Positions 18,963 through 28,045 of a DNA stretch of 64,000 nt are shown here, in pieces (positions within the stretch are counted from its first letter, which is position 1; each line of letters opens with the position of its first letter). The notes beneath the pieces are model-generated. The model worked only from the letters and a program-made list of their open reading frames with translations, did not search any database and was not told where the DNA came from. The position numbers and the translations under genes are program-made. Origin of the DNA: an uncultured Armatimonadales bacterium (GTDB lineage Bacteria; Armatimonadota; Armatimonadia; Armatimonadales; Capsulimonadaceae); NCBI GenBank assembly GCA_964236795.1, contig CAXSFV010000002.1:58885-122884 (forward strand), in the 5' to 3' direction.

Positions 18963-19460
18963 TCAGCGTGACGCAATCAGGGCATGATGCGAGGTGCGAA
19001 CGATCTGGGCGATAACTTTCGGGTTGGTAACGGGAATTTGAAGGTGCTGGCCGGGCAGAAGCGGCGCAGAGCCAGGCAAGTGGTTAGCACGAGCAATCTG
19101 GTCCTCGCGCTGCAACAGATAGGTGCTGGGATCGCCATATCGAAGGGCAAGGCCAGCGAGAGTATCGCCGCGCTTGACAGTCTTTGCAATCACAACTGTC
19201 TGCGGCAATGCGGGAACAGCGTAGTTCCGCTGGATGGAGTGGGTAAGAGAAGCGGCGGCAGTGATAAGAAAATAGCCGCAGGCAGAAACGGCAGCCGCCG
19301 CCAAAAGCGCGTTTTCGGCGCGGGCGAGCGGACTACAGTGCGAACGGCGAGCGGTAGGAGACGAGTCTTCAGTCAGATCTTTCAGTACCAGCACGGGCCG
19401 TGAGCGAAGCGCTGCCGGGCGATCATTACACAAGTCGAGTGTCAGTGGAACCATGGTCAA
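18963..19460 (-). CDS. LysM-domain membrane protein, YneA/ChiZ-like candidate SOS cell-division inhibitor
   Basis: One TM (ALLAAAAVSACGYFLITAAASL) and a C-terminal LysM (VKRGDTLAGLALRYGDPS...IARANHLPGSAPLLPGQHLQIP). Divergent from lexA, with a LexA-type box in its promoter. Confidence 0.65.
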   Translation of the reverse strand: MTMVPLTLDLCNDRPAALRSRPVLVLKDLTEDSSPTARRSHCSPLARAENALLAAAAVSACGYFLITAAASLTHSIQRNYAVPALPQTVVIAKTVKRGDTLAGLALRYGDPSTYLLQREDQIARANHLPGSAPLLPGQHLQIPVTNPKVIAQIVRTSHHALIASR

Positions 19461-19499
19461 TTCTCCTCACAATGCATCTGTCAAAAACGAACAGCAAAG

Positions 19500-19513
19500 C
19501 AAACATTAGTTTG
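19500..19513. promoter_or_regulatory. candidate LexA box CAAACATTAGTTTG (promoter of the LysM gene)
   Basis: Perfect 5-4-5 palindrome starting 11 nt downstream of the minus-strand -10 hexamer. Confidence 0.55.
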
Positions 19514-19523
19514 TATTGCTTGC

Positions 19524-19552
19524 AGTATACTCAACATATAGAGCGGTGTCAA
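19524..19552 (-). promoter_or_regulatory. promoter of the LysM/YneA-like gene (TTGACA-17 nt-TATACT)
   Basis: The minus strand reads TTGACAccgctctatatgttgagTATACT. Confidence 0.65.
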
Positions 19553-19580
19553 GAAGATTTTGCCCATATAGAGAAAAAAA

Positions 19581-19594
19581 CAAACAAAAGTTTG
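19581..19594. promoter_or_regulatory. candidate LexA box CAAACAAAAGTTTG (lexA autoregulation)
   Basis: Perfect 5-4-5 palindrome (16-bp ACAAAC-N4-GTTTGT) over the -35 region of the lexA promoter. Confidence 0.55.
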
Positions 19595-19613
19595 TGTAAG
19601 TTCCCGGCGGCTG

Positions 19614-19622
19614 TGGTATAAT
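19614..19622 (+). promoter_or_regulatory. lexA extended -10 element TGgTATAAT
   Basis: TGGTATAAT lies 84 nt upstream of the lexA ATG. The -35 is weak (TTGTGT/TGTGTA). Confidence 0.55.
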
Positions 19623-19705
19623 CCTCTCGAATACGCTTATTTGCGCTTAAAGCACTTATACGCTGTTATTCACTTTTATTCTATTCATAACAGAGAGGAC
19701 TCCTC

Positions 19706-20332
19706 ATGCAGACACTCACTGACAAACAGAAACATATCTTGGAGGTCATTCGGACCCACATCGAGCAGCGCGGTCATGCCCCAACGGTTCGCGAAATCGG
19801 CAAGGAAGTCGGCCTCAGCTCGTCCTGCACCGTCAAGAAGCACCTGGACAGCCTGGAAACAAAAGGCTTCCTGCGCCGGGACCGCTACAAGCGGGGATTA
19901 GACCTCATGGAAGGCGGTGAGCGCCTGAGCATGGGCCGCTCAGTCTCGGTTCCCCTGCTGGGACGGGTCGCGGGCGGAGCGCCGATCCTCGCCGCCCAGT
20001 CGGAAAGCCCGGAAATGCTGCCGATCCCGGTGTCGCTGCTGCGACGCGGCGATCAGGGCGGGCGGGATTTATTTGCTTTAGAAGTGTACGGGGATTCGAT
20101 GCGGAACGCGGGCATCGGTGACGGTGACATTGTCGTGGCTCGCCGCCAAAACACTGCCGAAGATCGGGATATTGTGGTGGCTTTGCTGGGGGAAGAAACC
20201 ACGGTCAAGACGTTCTACCGCGAAGCCAGCGGAGTCCGCCTTCAGCCGGAAAACCCAGACTACGATCCCATCTATGCCGATGAAGTGGTCATCATGGGCA
20301 AAGTCGCCATGGCAATTAAGCGGTTCGCGTGA
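19706..20332 (+). CDS. lexA: LexA repressor
   Basis: wHTH (LTDKQKHILEVIRTHIEQRGHAPTVREIGKEVGLSSSCTVKKHLDSLETKGFL), VAGG cleavage region, and GDSM...MGKV Ser/Lys dyad. Confidence 0.95.
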   Translation: MQTLTDKQKHILEVIRTHIEQRGHAPTVREIGKEVGLSSSCTVKKHLDSLETKGFLRRDRYKRGLDLMEGGERLSMGRSVSVPLLGRVAGGAPILAAQSESPEMLPIPVSLLRRGDQGGRDLFALEVYGDSMRNAGIGDGDIVVARRQNTAEDRDIVVALLGEETTVKTFYREASGVRLQPENPDYDPIYADEVVIMGKVAMAIKRFA

Positions 20333-21980
20333 GTTTTCGCCGCCGCAGAATGACCCCAGCGGCGGCGTAAGACGCTAGGCCGATGCCCAAATAAACGGCG
20401 CTTGTGCCGATCCACAGCGGGCCGCTCTTGTAGCCGATCAGGCCCGGCGCAGCGTCGTCGTAGCCAATGCCCTGGTAGCTGGGATGGATTGCATCGGAAA
20501 GCTGGATCAGTGGATAGAACGGGCACAAGTACAGCGAATTGACGGCTGGGTTTCGCACCGCCAGCGCCGCATCCTCGCCGTGCAAAGTGCCATAGGCGAA
20601 AAACGGCAGGGCGGACGCAAGGATTACCGCCAGATAAAGCAGCGTCAGAGACGACCAGCGGTTGCCCAGCAGCACTGAAAGCAGGAAGCCTAGACCCGCC
20701 AGGCCGACCACGACAGCGGCCAGCATCGCCGTCCCCTGTTCAATGCCGGGCGTGAGGTCGGCGGCGCTGATGGCAGCGGCGGCGGTCCGGGTCAAGTGCG
20801 ACTGCATCGGCCCGTAATGTGGCGTTCCTACCAGTACGGTCGGAGCTGGCGAGAGGTGCGGCGACATCAGGGTCAGCCCCAGCACCAGACACGTCAGCAG
20901 CAGGGCAAACGGCAGGCCCATCGGCAGGGTTGCTGAGGTGAATAGCCGCAGTGGCGACCGGCCGCGCGTCTGCGGCCGCTCCAAGTCGCCGGTCACGAAG
21001 ACCGGCACGAACATCAGCAGCAGAGCTGCCGCTGCGAACAGCAGAAACTCCATCTCCATCCAGAGCGGAATGAACGCCTGCCGCGCCGCCCCCAGCACAA
21101 TTCCATCAATAAAGAACACCAGCAGGCCCGCAAACAAAAGTGCGACGGCTCGCAGCGCAGCAGCGCGTTTTGCCGGAAAATCTTCCAGCCTGTTCATCGC
21201 CGCCAGCACGAGCAGGACCGTCAGTGTCCCGTTCAGCAGCAGCGCGGGCAGCCAAGCCGGCAGCGCCAGGCCGTAATAATGCTCCGGCAGGACCGCACCG
21301 GTGACCGCGCCCACTGGGTTGACCGCGCACAGCCCAAAGCTCGGCGAACTGCCGCTTGTATCCAGTGTTGGCAGGGCAAAAGGAAACGTCACGCCGAAAA
21401 AGACAAACAGCGTGAGGTACGAAAGCACAGTCGCCGTCGCCGTATTCGCCGAGAACGCCGACCAGCACAGGCCGATGGCGCCGAACAAAAACGCATCGCC
21501 GATCAGCAGCAAATACGCGAAGAAGACCTTGCCGGGGGACACGCCGCCGAGAAGAAAGCACAAGGACAGGAGCGGCAGCGAGGAAGTCAAAAGCAGCGCG
21601 ACAAACGACACGGACGACAGAAGCTTGCCCCAGACAATCGCGCCGGGCCGCAGGATCGACCCGCGCAGCAGCTCAAACGTCCGTTGCTCCCGCTCCACCG
21701 AGATTGCCCCGGCGGTCAGCGCCGGCGTAATCAGCGCCATCATCACAGCCTGCGAGTAAAACAGCGTCTTAAAGAAGGTGCGTCCAACGGTAAAGCCGGC
21801 TTCGTTACCCCCAATTTCCATGTTCGCAGAATGCTGCGCCGACCAGCCGAGGTAAGAGAAAAAGAGGATGAGCGACAGAACCAGCAGGTAGCCGAACAGC
21901 AGCCAGTAGGTCCGGGTCCCGCGCATCCGTCCGCGCAATTCTTTGGTGACGACGGGGTTATCGAACAAGGGGTTCAACAT
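20316..21980 (-). CDS. polytopic ABC-2-type permease-like membrane protein
   Basis: 554 aa with more than 10 hydrophobic spans. The N-terminus NPVVTKELRGRMRGTRTYWLL is typical of ABC-2 permeases. There is no adjacent ATPase. Confidence 0.55.
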   Translation of the reverse strand: MLNPLFDNPVVTKELRGRMRGTRTYWLLFGYLLVLSLILFFSYLGWSAQHSANMEIGGNEAGFTVGRTFFKTLFYSQAVMMALITPALTAGAISVEREQRTFELLRGSILRPGAIVWGKLLSSVSFVALLLTSSLPLLSLCFLLGGVSPGKVFFAYLLLIGDAFLFGAIGLCWSAFSANTATATVLSYLTLFVFFGVTFPFALPTLDTSGSSPSFGLCAVNPVGAVTGAVLPEHYYGLALPAWLPALLLNGTLTVLLVLAAMNRLEDFPAKRAAALRAVALLFAGLLVFFIDGIVLGAARQAFIPLWMEMEFLLFAAAALLLMFVPVFVTGDLERPQTRGRSPLRLFTSATLPMGLPFALLLTCLVLGLTLMSPHLSPAPTVLVGTPHYGPMQSHLTRTAAAAISAADLTPGIEQGTAMLAAVVVGLAGLGFLLSVLLGNRWSSLTLLYLAVILASALPFFAYGTLHGEDAALAVRNPAVNSLYLCPFYPLIQLSDAIHPSYQGIGYDDAAPGLIGYKSGPLWIGTSAVYLGIGLASYAAAGVILRRRKLTRTA

Positions 21981-22089
21981 GGCCGGGTTCTCCTCTGCAT
22001 CCGCAGCGACCAGATGGCAGTAGGAGGGAATACAACACGGAAGCGGGAGACTCCTGCGTAGAGAACCTCACCCGGCAGACACGCAGAAA

Positions 22090-22242
22090 ACCTCACCCCA
22101 CCGTAAGCGGCGACCCTCTTCTTGGTAAGGAGAGGGTTAAGAGTTGACAAACAAGTGGTCTCTGCGACAGGAAATGGTCTGACTGATCTTCTCTACCCTC
22201 TCCTTATCAAGGAGAGGGTCGCCGCTTACGGTGGGGTGAGGT
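22090..22242. repeat. family-2 long-hairpin element (47-bp arms, 59-nt centre)
   Basis: acctcaccccaccgtaagcggcgaccctcttcttggtaaggagaggg (22090-22136) against its near-perfect complement at 22196-22242. Each arm contains the sub-hairpin ccctct..aaggagaggg. Confidence 0.85.
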
Positions 22243-22246
22243 CGTC

Positions 22247-23287
22247 CTACCGCTCCCGCGTCAGCGCGTAGTCTGCCAGCGCATGAAGCGAATTACGATA
22301 GGAGGAGTCGGGCAAGCTAAGCAGCGATTCCTGTGCCTGCTCCACATAACGCCGGGCGGCGTCCGCCGTGCGGGCGTAGCCATCGTGACGCACAATAGCG
22401 GCCCGAACATCGGCGATCTCAGTGTCGGTGAGCGCTTCGGGTTCTTCCAAGATGTGCAGCAGGTGGCTGCGCTCGGCTTCGGAAACATCGCGCAAGGTCA
22501 AAATCAGCGGCAGGGTCATCTTGCCTTCGCGCAGGTCCCCGCACAGCGGCTTGCCTGTTTTCGACGGGTCGCCGGTGTAATCTAAGAGATCGTCGGCAAT
22601 CTGAAATGCTAAGCCGCAGTTCAGGCCGTAGCGGGTCAGGGCGGCGACTTCGGCTTCTCCTGCCCCAGCCAGCATCGCGCCGACCTCGCAGCAGCCGGCG
22701 ATAAATCCAGCGGTCTTCTTCAGGATAATCGTGAGGTACGTTTCTTCCGACGTGTCCACATCGCCTTTGGCCGTGATTTGAAGCACTTCGCCTTCGCTCA
22801 GGCCGACCGTAACGTTGGAAAAGACGCGAATGACGTCAATGTTGCCCTCACGAGCCGCCAAATAAATGCTTTTTGCTAGCAGATAGTCGCCGACGAGAAC
22901 ACTGATCTGGTTGCCGAACGTCGCATTTGCCGTCGGACGCCCGCGCCGCTCCGCCGAGCCGTCCACCACATCATCGTGGATCAGCGACGCCATATGGATC
23001 AGCTCGGCGGCGGCGGCGGATGCAAAGACCGTCTGCGCTGGGAACAGCTCACACGCGGCATGGGCGGCCAGAACGACCAGCGCAGGCCGGAGGCGCTTCC
23101 CGCCAGCGGACAGCGTGTGGCCGGAGATCGCATACGCAGCTTTCACGTCTGAGCGGATTTCGTTCCCCAGCAAGCCCTCGACAGCCACTAAGTCGTCATG
23201 CACGATGTCCAGAAACGACACCCGACTTGGCACGGACTTCACTTCGGCAGTCTTGATCTCTTCGGGCAGAACGGCAGCAGTTCCCAT
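22247..23287 (-). CDS. long-chain polyprenyl diphosphate synthase
   Basis: Both Asp-rich motifs are present (LIHDDVVD and FQIADDLLD), plus GKRLRP. Confidence 0.9.
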   Translation of the reverse strand: MGTAAVLPEEIKTAEVKSVPSRVSFLDIVHDDLVAVEGLLGNEIRSDVKAAYAISGHTLSAGGKRLRPALVVLAAHAACELFPAQTVFASAAAAELIHMASLIHDDVVDGSAERRGRPTANATFGNQISVLVGDYLLAKSIYLAAREGNIDVIRVFSNVTVGLSEGEVLQITAKGDVDTSEETYLTIILKKTAGFIAGCCEVGAMLAGAGEAEVAALTRYGLNCGLAFQIADDLLDYTGDPSKTGKPLCGDLREGKMTLPLILTLRDVSEAERSHLLHILEEPEALTDTEIADVRAAIVRHDGYARTADAARRYVEQAQESLLSLPDSSYRNSLHALADYALTRER

Positions 23288-23312
23288 TGTCTCGGTTCCA
23301 TTCTAAAGCCGC

Positions 23313-24062
23313 CTAAAGCGGCTTGACTCCCACATGAACGCAGACCAGTCCGAACGTCAAATTCACCCAGCGCACCGAGGACAATCCCGCCCCGCGCATT
23401 CGCTTGGCTAACTCTTCGCGGCTGTCAAACCGGGCGACCGACGCCGGCAAGTACGCATACGCATCCGGCCGGCCGCTGATCGCCCCGCCGATTCTCGGCA
23501 TCACATGGCGGGCGTGCAGCTCGTACCCGACGCGAAACAACCCCGCTGGCGGCTGAGAAAACTCCAAGCACACGACCCGCCCACCGGGCTTCAACACACG
23601 CGCCATCTCCCGAAACGCTTTATCCCGGTCCGCAACATTCCGTATCCCGAACCCGATGGTGACGGCCTCAAAACTTTCGTCGGCGAATGGCAGGGTCGAA
23701 GCGTCTGCCTGCACTTCCTGCGCCGTCTCGTGCCGGAACCGCCTGTCGCCGAACTGAAGCATCGGCAGCGAGAAATCCGCCGCCATGACTAAGCCTTCCG
23801 GCCCAACCGCCCGCCGCAGCGACGGCGTCCACTCACCCGTTCCCGAACACACGTCTAAGACGCTGTTGCCCAGTTCGAGACACGCGCACCGGGTCGCGAA
23901 TCCACGCCAGCCTTTATGAATGCCCGCCGACAGCACCGAATTTAGCAGATCATACCGAGGCGCGATGTCGTCGAACATGTCCCGCACATACGCCGAGTCC
24001 TGCTCTGTCTTATCCGAAAACTGCGTGATGACGCTGCGCTGCACCGAAGTCTCAGTTGACAT
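23313..24062 (-). CDS. ubiE: demethylmenaquinone/ubiquinone methyltransferase UbiE/MenG
   Basis: VRDMFDDIAPRYDLLNSVLSAGIHKGWR and the SAM motif VLDVCSGTGE. Confidence 0.9.
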   Translation of the reverse strand: MSTETSVQRSVITQFSDKTEQDSAYVRDMFDDIAPRYDLLNSVLSAGIHKGWRGFATRCACLELGNSVLDVCSGTGEWTPSLRRAVGPEGLVMAADFSLPMLQFGDRRFRHETAQEVQADASTLPFADESFEAVTIGFGIRNVADRDKAFREMARVLKPGGRVVCLEFSQPPAGLFRVGYELHARHVMPRIGGAISGRPDAYAYLPASVARFDSREELAKRMRGAGLSSVRWVNLTFGLVCVHVGVKPL

Positions 24063-24191
24063 TGTGAAAAAAGTCGCAATCTAATTGATTTGATTATACC
24101 CAAGAGACATTGAACTGTCAACGCAAAATATGCCATGATTGTTGCAGCAAGTTTAGAGGTCCAAAATTTTCAAGGAGAACCCGGAGAACAA

Positions 24192-24521
24192 ATGGAAACC
24201 TGGCCGCCCTCTCCAACAAACCGCCCGCCGGAAGCGGATACACAGTACCTTCAAGCACAGAAGAAAACTCGCATCGGCTATGTCGCTTTGGCTTGCTCGG
24301 CCCTATTTGTCCTGACAAGAATAGCAATCTTTCTTGGTGTACGGAGCAATGTTGTTGGGATTTCAAGCCTACTGCCAGTAATTTTGGGGCTGGTTCTTGG
24401 CCTCATCAGCCGTTCCACGCTGCCTGGACGGCTTGCGCTTTTAGGTCCTTTGTTTCTGGTGGGTATGCTCGCCTACTATATGCTGTGCTGGTATCATATT
24501 TTGCCCCTTTATCCTATTTAG
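24192..24521 (+). CDS. small 3-TM membrane protein, unknown function
   Basis: ORF 24135..24521 trimmed to ATG 24192, preceded by GGAGA. Pro-rich N-terminus, then three hydrophobic spans. AT-richer region. Confidence 0.45.
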   Translation: METWPPSPTNRPPEADTQYLQAQKKTRIGYVALACSALFVLTRIAIFLGVRSNVVGISSLLPVILGLVLGLISRSTLPGRLALLGPLFLVGMLAYYMLCWYHILPLYPI

Positions 24522-24588
24522 AGCGCCGCAGTTTTAGAGCACCGCACTGGAAGCAGCGCGGATGTGAGACTAATAGAAGAACTAAACA

Positions 24589-24878
24589 ATGCAGACAAAG
24601 CAATGGATATTCAGCCGCCGCGCTGAGATACCGTCTCTTGCGGCGCAGCACGGAGCCTCCAACGTGCGCGTCTTCGGATCGGTGGTACGCGGCGAAGATG
24701 ACGCGGCAAGGACATAGACATCCTCGTAGATTTAGAGCCGGGCCGCAGCTTGTTTGACCTCGGCGGCTTGCTGACCGATCTAAGAACACTGCTTCAAAGA
24801 GATATGGATGTTGTGACGGAAAAAGGACTGCGCTCCGCACTCCGCGAACGGGTCTTGCAGGAAGCGATTTCGCTATAG
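24589..24878 (+). pseudogene. MNT-type nucleotidyltransferase (HepT/MNT antitoxin family), frameshifted
   Basis: Frame 1 reads [41 protein letters not shown]-stop (TAG 24715). A second frame from 24711 reads [55 protein letters not shown]-stop. Together they form an intact MNT domain, so one base is missing near 24702-24711. Confidence 0.6.
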
Positions 24879-24894
24879 GGATAATTTAACAACT

Positions 24895-25431
24895 ATGAAC
24901 ATAACCATGCACGCGACGACGATTGTGGGCGTCAGGAAAGACGGCAAGGTCGCCATTGCGGGCGACGGGCAGGTGACGCTTGACAAGACTGTGATGAAGA
25001 ACACGGCGCGGAAGATCCGGCGGCTGTATCAAGGCAAAGTCCTGGCGGGCTTTGCCGGGAGCGCTGCCGACGCGATGGCCCTGGCCGATAGGTTCGAAGC
25101 CAAATTGGAGGCGTCCAACGGCAATCTGCAAAGGGCCGTGATCGAGTTCGCCAAAGAATGGCGCTCGGACCGCGTCCTGCGCCGCTTTGAGGCGCTGATG
25201 ATTGTGGCGAACCCGGAATATCTGCTGGTGGTCTCCGGCGACGGCAATGTTTTGGACACCGACGACGGCATTGCCGCCATCGGCTCCGGCGGGCCGTATG
25301 CTCAGGCGGCAGCGAAAGCATTGGTTGAGAATACCAATCTCTCGGCTCGCGAGATCGCCGAAAAGGCGCTGCACATTGCCGCCGACATTTGTATTTACAC
25401 GAACTCGAATATCACGGTGGATGAGCTATGA
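24895..25431 (+). CDS. hslV: ATP-dependent protease subunit HslV
   Basis: [23 protein letters not shown] (N-terminal Thr nucleophile), GFAGSAADA and GSGG motifs. Confidence 0.92.
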   Translation: MNITMHATTIVGVRKDGKVAIAGDGQVTLDKTVMKNTARKIRRLYQGKVLAGFAGSAADAMALADRFEAKLEASNGNLQRAVIEFAKEWRSDRVLRRFEALMIVANPEYLLVVSGDGNVLDTDDGIAAIGSGGPYAQAAAKALVENTNLSAREIAEKALHIAADICIYTNSNITVDEL

Positions 25432-26351
25432 AGCGCCCCCCCGCTCACCCCAACAAGGTCTCAATTCTGGGGAGCCATACAGAAAAAACAACTCCCCCGC
25501 GCCTCCGGCGCTTTTCTACCCCAGCTCCCCAGAATTGGGGCGGGGGGGCTTTCCTCCTCCTCCTCCCGCTCACCGCCCAGGCGAAACCGCCCCAGCCTGC
25601 GCCCGGCGTGCCGCGTGTGCAGGCGCAGGCGTTTAGCCTCGGCTACGCGCTGCGGACAGCGGATTTGTCGGCCGTCGCGTACACAAAGTCCGTGCGGTCG
25701 CTGAAGAGCGTTGCCGATCCGCAAGTTGCCGGCGCAGAAGTCGCGCACTTTAACAGTGGTATTCCCCGGCTGCGCCGCTCGCAGGCGGCATCGTATACGC
25801 TCACGGCAAGCCTGCTGACACAGATGGGAGCGCCCTCGACGCTCCGGGCCTGGGCCGCGCAGTCGGCGGCGATGCTCAATGCGCCGCTGGTTTACCCGAA
25901 AGACGCGCAGAAGCTGGCGAAAACGGAGCCGAACACGGCGGCGGTGCTGGCGGAGCTGGTCGAAATCCAGAACATCAAGGCGGCGGCGGACGCCCATCAG
26001 CCGCCGCTGACCCTCTGGCTGAGCCTCGTCGGCGGCAGAGCCGCGCCCTGGAACGCCGATGTTGGGGCGTACACCGCCGAGCTGCGCCGGGCGTCCTCGG
26101 CGTCGGGTCCCACCCGCTTGTCGAGCGTCGCCGCCCAACTTCTCCTGCGCCATGCGCCTTCAACGGCTCCGGCGGCGGCCCGCGACAGCCTGGCTGCGCT
26201 GATCCCGCAGGGCGGCGGCAACCTGCAAAACCTGGCGACGCTGGCACCAGCGAACGTGACGCTGGCGAAGGTTGCTCACGCTGCCGAGACATTGCTCGCG
26301 CTGTACGGCGCGTCCGCCGAGGCGGACGCTTTAGACAAGAGCGCGGCCTAA
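25428..26351 (+). CDS. Ala-rich hypothetical protein inserted between hslV and hslU
   Basis: 307-aa ORF whose ATG overlaps the hslV TGA (ATGA). The first ~40 codons run through a palindromic repeat (25462..25548), so the true start is uncertain. I recognise no domain. Confidence 0.4.
   Translation: MKRPPAHPNKVSILGSHTEKTTPPRLRRFSTPAPQNWGGGAFLLLLPLTAQAKPPQPAPGVPRVQAQAFSLGYALRTADLSAVAYTKSVRSLKSVADPQVAGAEVAHFNSGIPRLRRSQAASYTLTASLLTQMGAPSTLRAWAAQSAAMLNAPLVYPKDAQKLAKTEPNTAAVLAELVEIQNIKAAADAHQPPLTLWLSLVGGRAAPWNADVGAYTAELRRASSASGPTRLSSVAAQLLLRHAPSTAPAAARDSLAALIPQGGGNLQNLATLAPANVTLAKVAHAAETLLALYGASAEADALDKSAA
25462..25548. repeat. family-6-related element (caattctggggagc / gctccccagaattg) + G-run
   Basis: 14-bp inverted repeat separated by 48 nt, then ggggcggggggg, similar to 10775-10806. 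Confidence 0.65.
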
Positions 26352-26383
26352 TCTTTTGGCTTCTCCTAATCTTTTGGCTTCTC
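26348..26383. repeat. 18-bp tandem repeat x2 just upstream of hslU
   Basis: ctaatcttttggcttctc twice, perfect, followed by tgggTATACT. Confidence 0.85.
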
Positions 26384-26400
26384 TGGGTATACTTGCAACT

Positions 26401-27945
26401 ATGGATGAGATGGAAACTGTTTCTGAAGAAATAATTGAGACCAGCACTGTGATGGAAGACATGACCCCGCGCCAGATCGTCGCGGAGCTGGACAAATATA
26501 TCGTCGGCCAGAAGGCCGCCAAACGCGCGGTCGCAATCGCCCTGCGGAACCGCTACCGGCGGCGGCGGCTCGCCGACGACCTCCGGGATGAAGTGATCCC
26601 CAAGAACATTTTGATGATCGGCCCAACGGGCGTCGGCAAGACCGAGATTGCGCGGCGGCTGGCAACTTTGGCCCGTGCTCCGTTCGTCAAAGTCGAAGCC
26701 ACCAAGTTTACCGAAGTCGGCTATGTCGGGCGCGACGTGGACTCGATGGTACGCGACTTGGTCCAGGCATCGCTGCGGATTGTCGAGCGCGAAAAGCTGG
26801 ACGAAGTCAAAGAACAAGCTGAAGACCGCGCGATTGACCGGGTTCTCGATGTGCTTCAGCCGCGCCGGGAGCGAAAGCCGGTACGGCTCAAAATGCCGAA
26901 AGCCGGCAGCGGCGAAAACCCTTTGGAAGCCTTCGCCCAGTTGTTTTCGCCGTCCGGCCAGCCGAATTCCGAGGCCGAGGAAACTGAAAGCGCTGACACT
27001 CCTGAAGAGGCGCCGGATGAAAACACTCAGCGGCGTCGCGATCAGGAAAACCGTGTGCGGGAGCGGCTGCGGACCCAGATCGTGTCCGGCGTTAAAGACA
27101 ACGATGTTGTCGAGATTGAAATTGAAGAAAGTGGCCCCGCGCCGTTCATGCAGGTCTTGTCCCCGCAGGGCGGCATGGACGAAATGGGCATGGATATGCA
27201 AGGTCTGTTCGGCTCGATGGTCCCAAAAAAGCGCCGCAAGCGCACATTGACGGTCAAAGAAGCGCGGGCGCATTACGCCGCCGAGGAGGCACGCGCCCTC
27301 ATTGACCAGGACGCACTGACCCGCGAGGCCGTCGCCCGCGCCGAGCAAAGCGGGATTATCTTTGTGGACGAGATGGACAAAATCGCCGGGCGCGGTGGCT
27401 CCGGCGGCAGCGGCAGCGGGCCGGACGTCTCCCGTGAAGGCGTCCAGCGTGATATCCTGCCAATCATCGAAGGCAGTACGGTTCAAACCAAGTACGGCCC
27501 GGTCAAGACCGATTTCGTCCTGTTCATCGCCGCCGGCGCGTTCCACCTGTCCAAGCCCTCTGATCTGATCCCGGAGCTTCAAGGCCGCCTGCCGATCCGG
27601 GTTGAGCTGGAAAGTCTGACCCAAGACGACTTCAAGCGCATTTTAACGGAGCCGCGCAATGCTTTGATCAAGCAGTACGTCGCCCTGCTCGCCACCGAAG
27701 GCGTCACGATTGAGTTCGCCGACGACTCCATTGCCGAACTGGCCCGCATCGCCGCCGATGTCAACGCCCAGATGGAAAACATCGGTGCCCGCCGCCTGCA
27801 CACCATCATGGAGCGACTCCTAGACGACCTTTCGTTTGAAGCCCCGGATTTAGAAGACAAGTTCAAGCGCATTGATGCCGCCTACGTCCGCGAAAAGCTC
27901 GACGACATCGTCAAAGACGAAGACCTCAGCCGTTACATCTTGTAG
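26401..27945 (+). CDS. hslU: ATP-dependent protease ATPase subunit HslU
   Basis: [34 protein letters not shown], Walker [16 protein letters not shown], Walker [11 protein letters not shown]. The start could be 26401, 26452 or 26461. Confidence 0.93.
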   Translation: MDEMETVSEEIIETSTVMEDMTPRQIVAELDKYIVGQKAAKRAVAIALRNRYRRRRLADDLRDEVIPKNILMIGPTGVGKTEIARRLATLARAPFVKVEATKFTEVGYVGRDVDSMVRDLVQASLRIVEREKLDEVKEQAEDRAIDRVLDVLQPRRERKPVRLKMPKAGSGENPLEAFAQLFSPSGQPNSEAEETESADTPEEAPDENTQRRRDQENRVRERLRTQIVSGVKDNDVVEIEIEESGPAPFMQVLSPQGGMDEMGMDMQGLFGSMVPKKRRKRTLTVKEARAHYAAEEARALIDQDALTREAVARAEQSGIIFVDEMDKIAGRGGSGGSGSGPDVSREGVQRDILPIIEGSTVQTKYGPVKTDFVLFIAAGAFHLSKPSDLIPELQGRLPIRVELESLTQDDFKRILTEPRNALIKQYVALLATEGVTIEFADDSIAELARIAADVNAQMENIGARRLHTIMERLLDDLSFEAPDLEDKFKRIDAAYVREKLDDIVKDEDLSRYIL

Positions 27946-28045
27946 CCATTATTTATCTTGTGACCGCGAAGGCGACCACTTGGCGTCTTCGCCCCACAGC
28001 GCAGGATTTCAATCCCACGCTTCTCCAATATTTCGGATAGCGTTT

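Noticed and set aside
26348-26393. The 18-bp tandem repeat upstream of hslU as a bona fide promoter
   Set aside because: A TATACT hexamer is present at 26388-26393, but neither repeat copy places a TTGGCT -35-like hexamer at a workable spacing (8 or 26 nt). It was recorded only as a repeat.
25975-27624. 549-aa minus-strand ORF antisense to hslU
   Set aside because: It is an Arg/Pro/Gly-rich shadow frame of a GC-rich gene and fully overlaps the unambiguous HslU coding sequence. The same reasoning applies to 8106..9377(-), 34250..35179(-), 47807..48583(-), 21279..22061(+), 32851..33591(+), 14762..15523(+), 49319..50143(+) and 6818..7543(+).
27946-28045. Molybdenum-cofactor riboswitch upstream of moaD-moaE
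   Set aside because: The interval is ~100 nt and contains only one modest hairpin (about 27966-27992) that looks like the hslU terminator. The conserved Moco-motif features are not seen.
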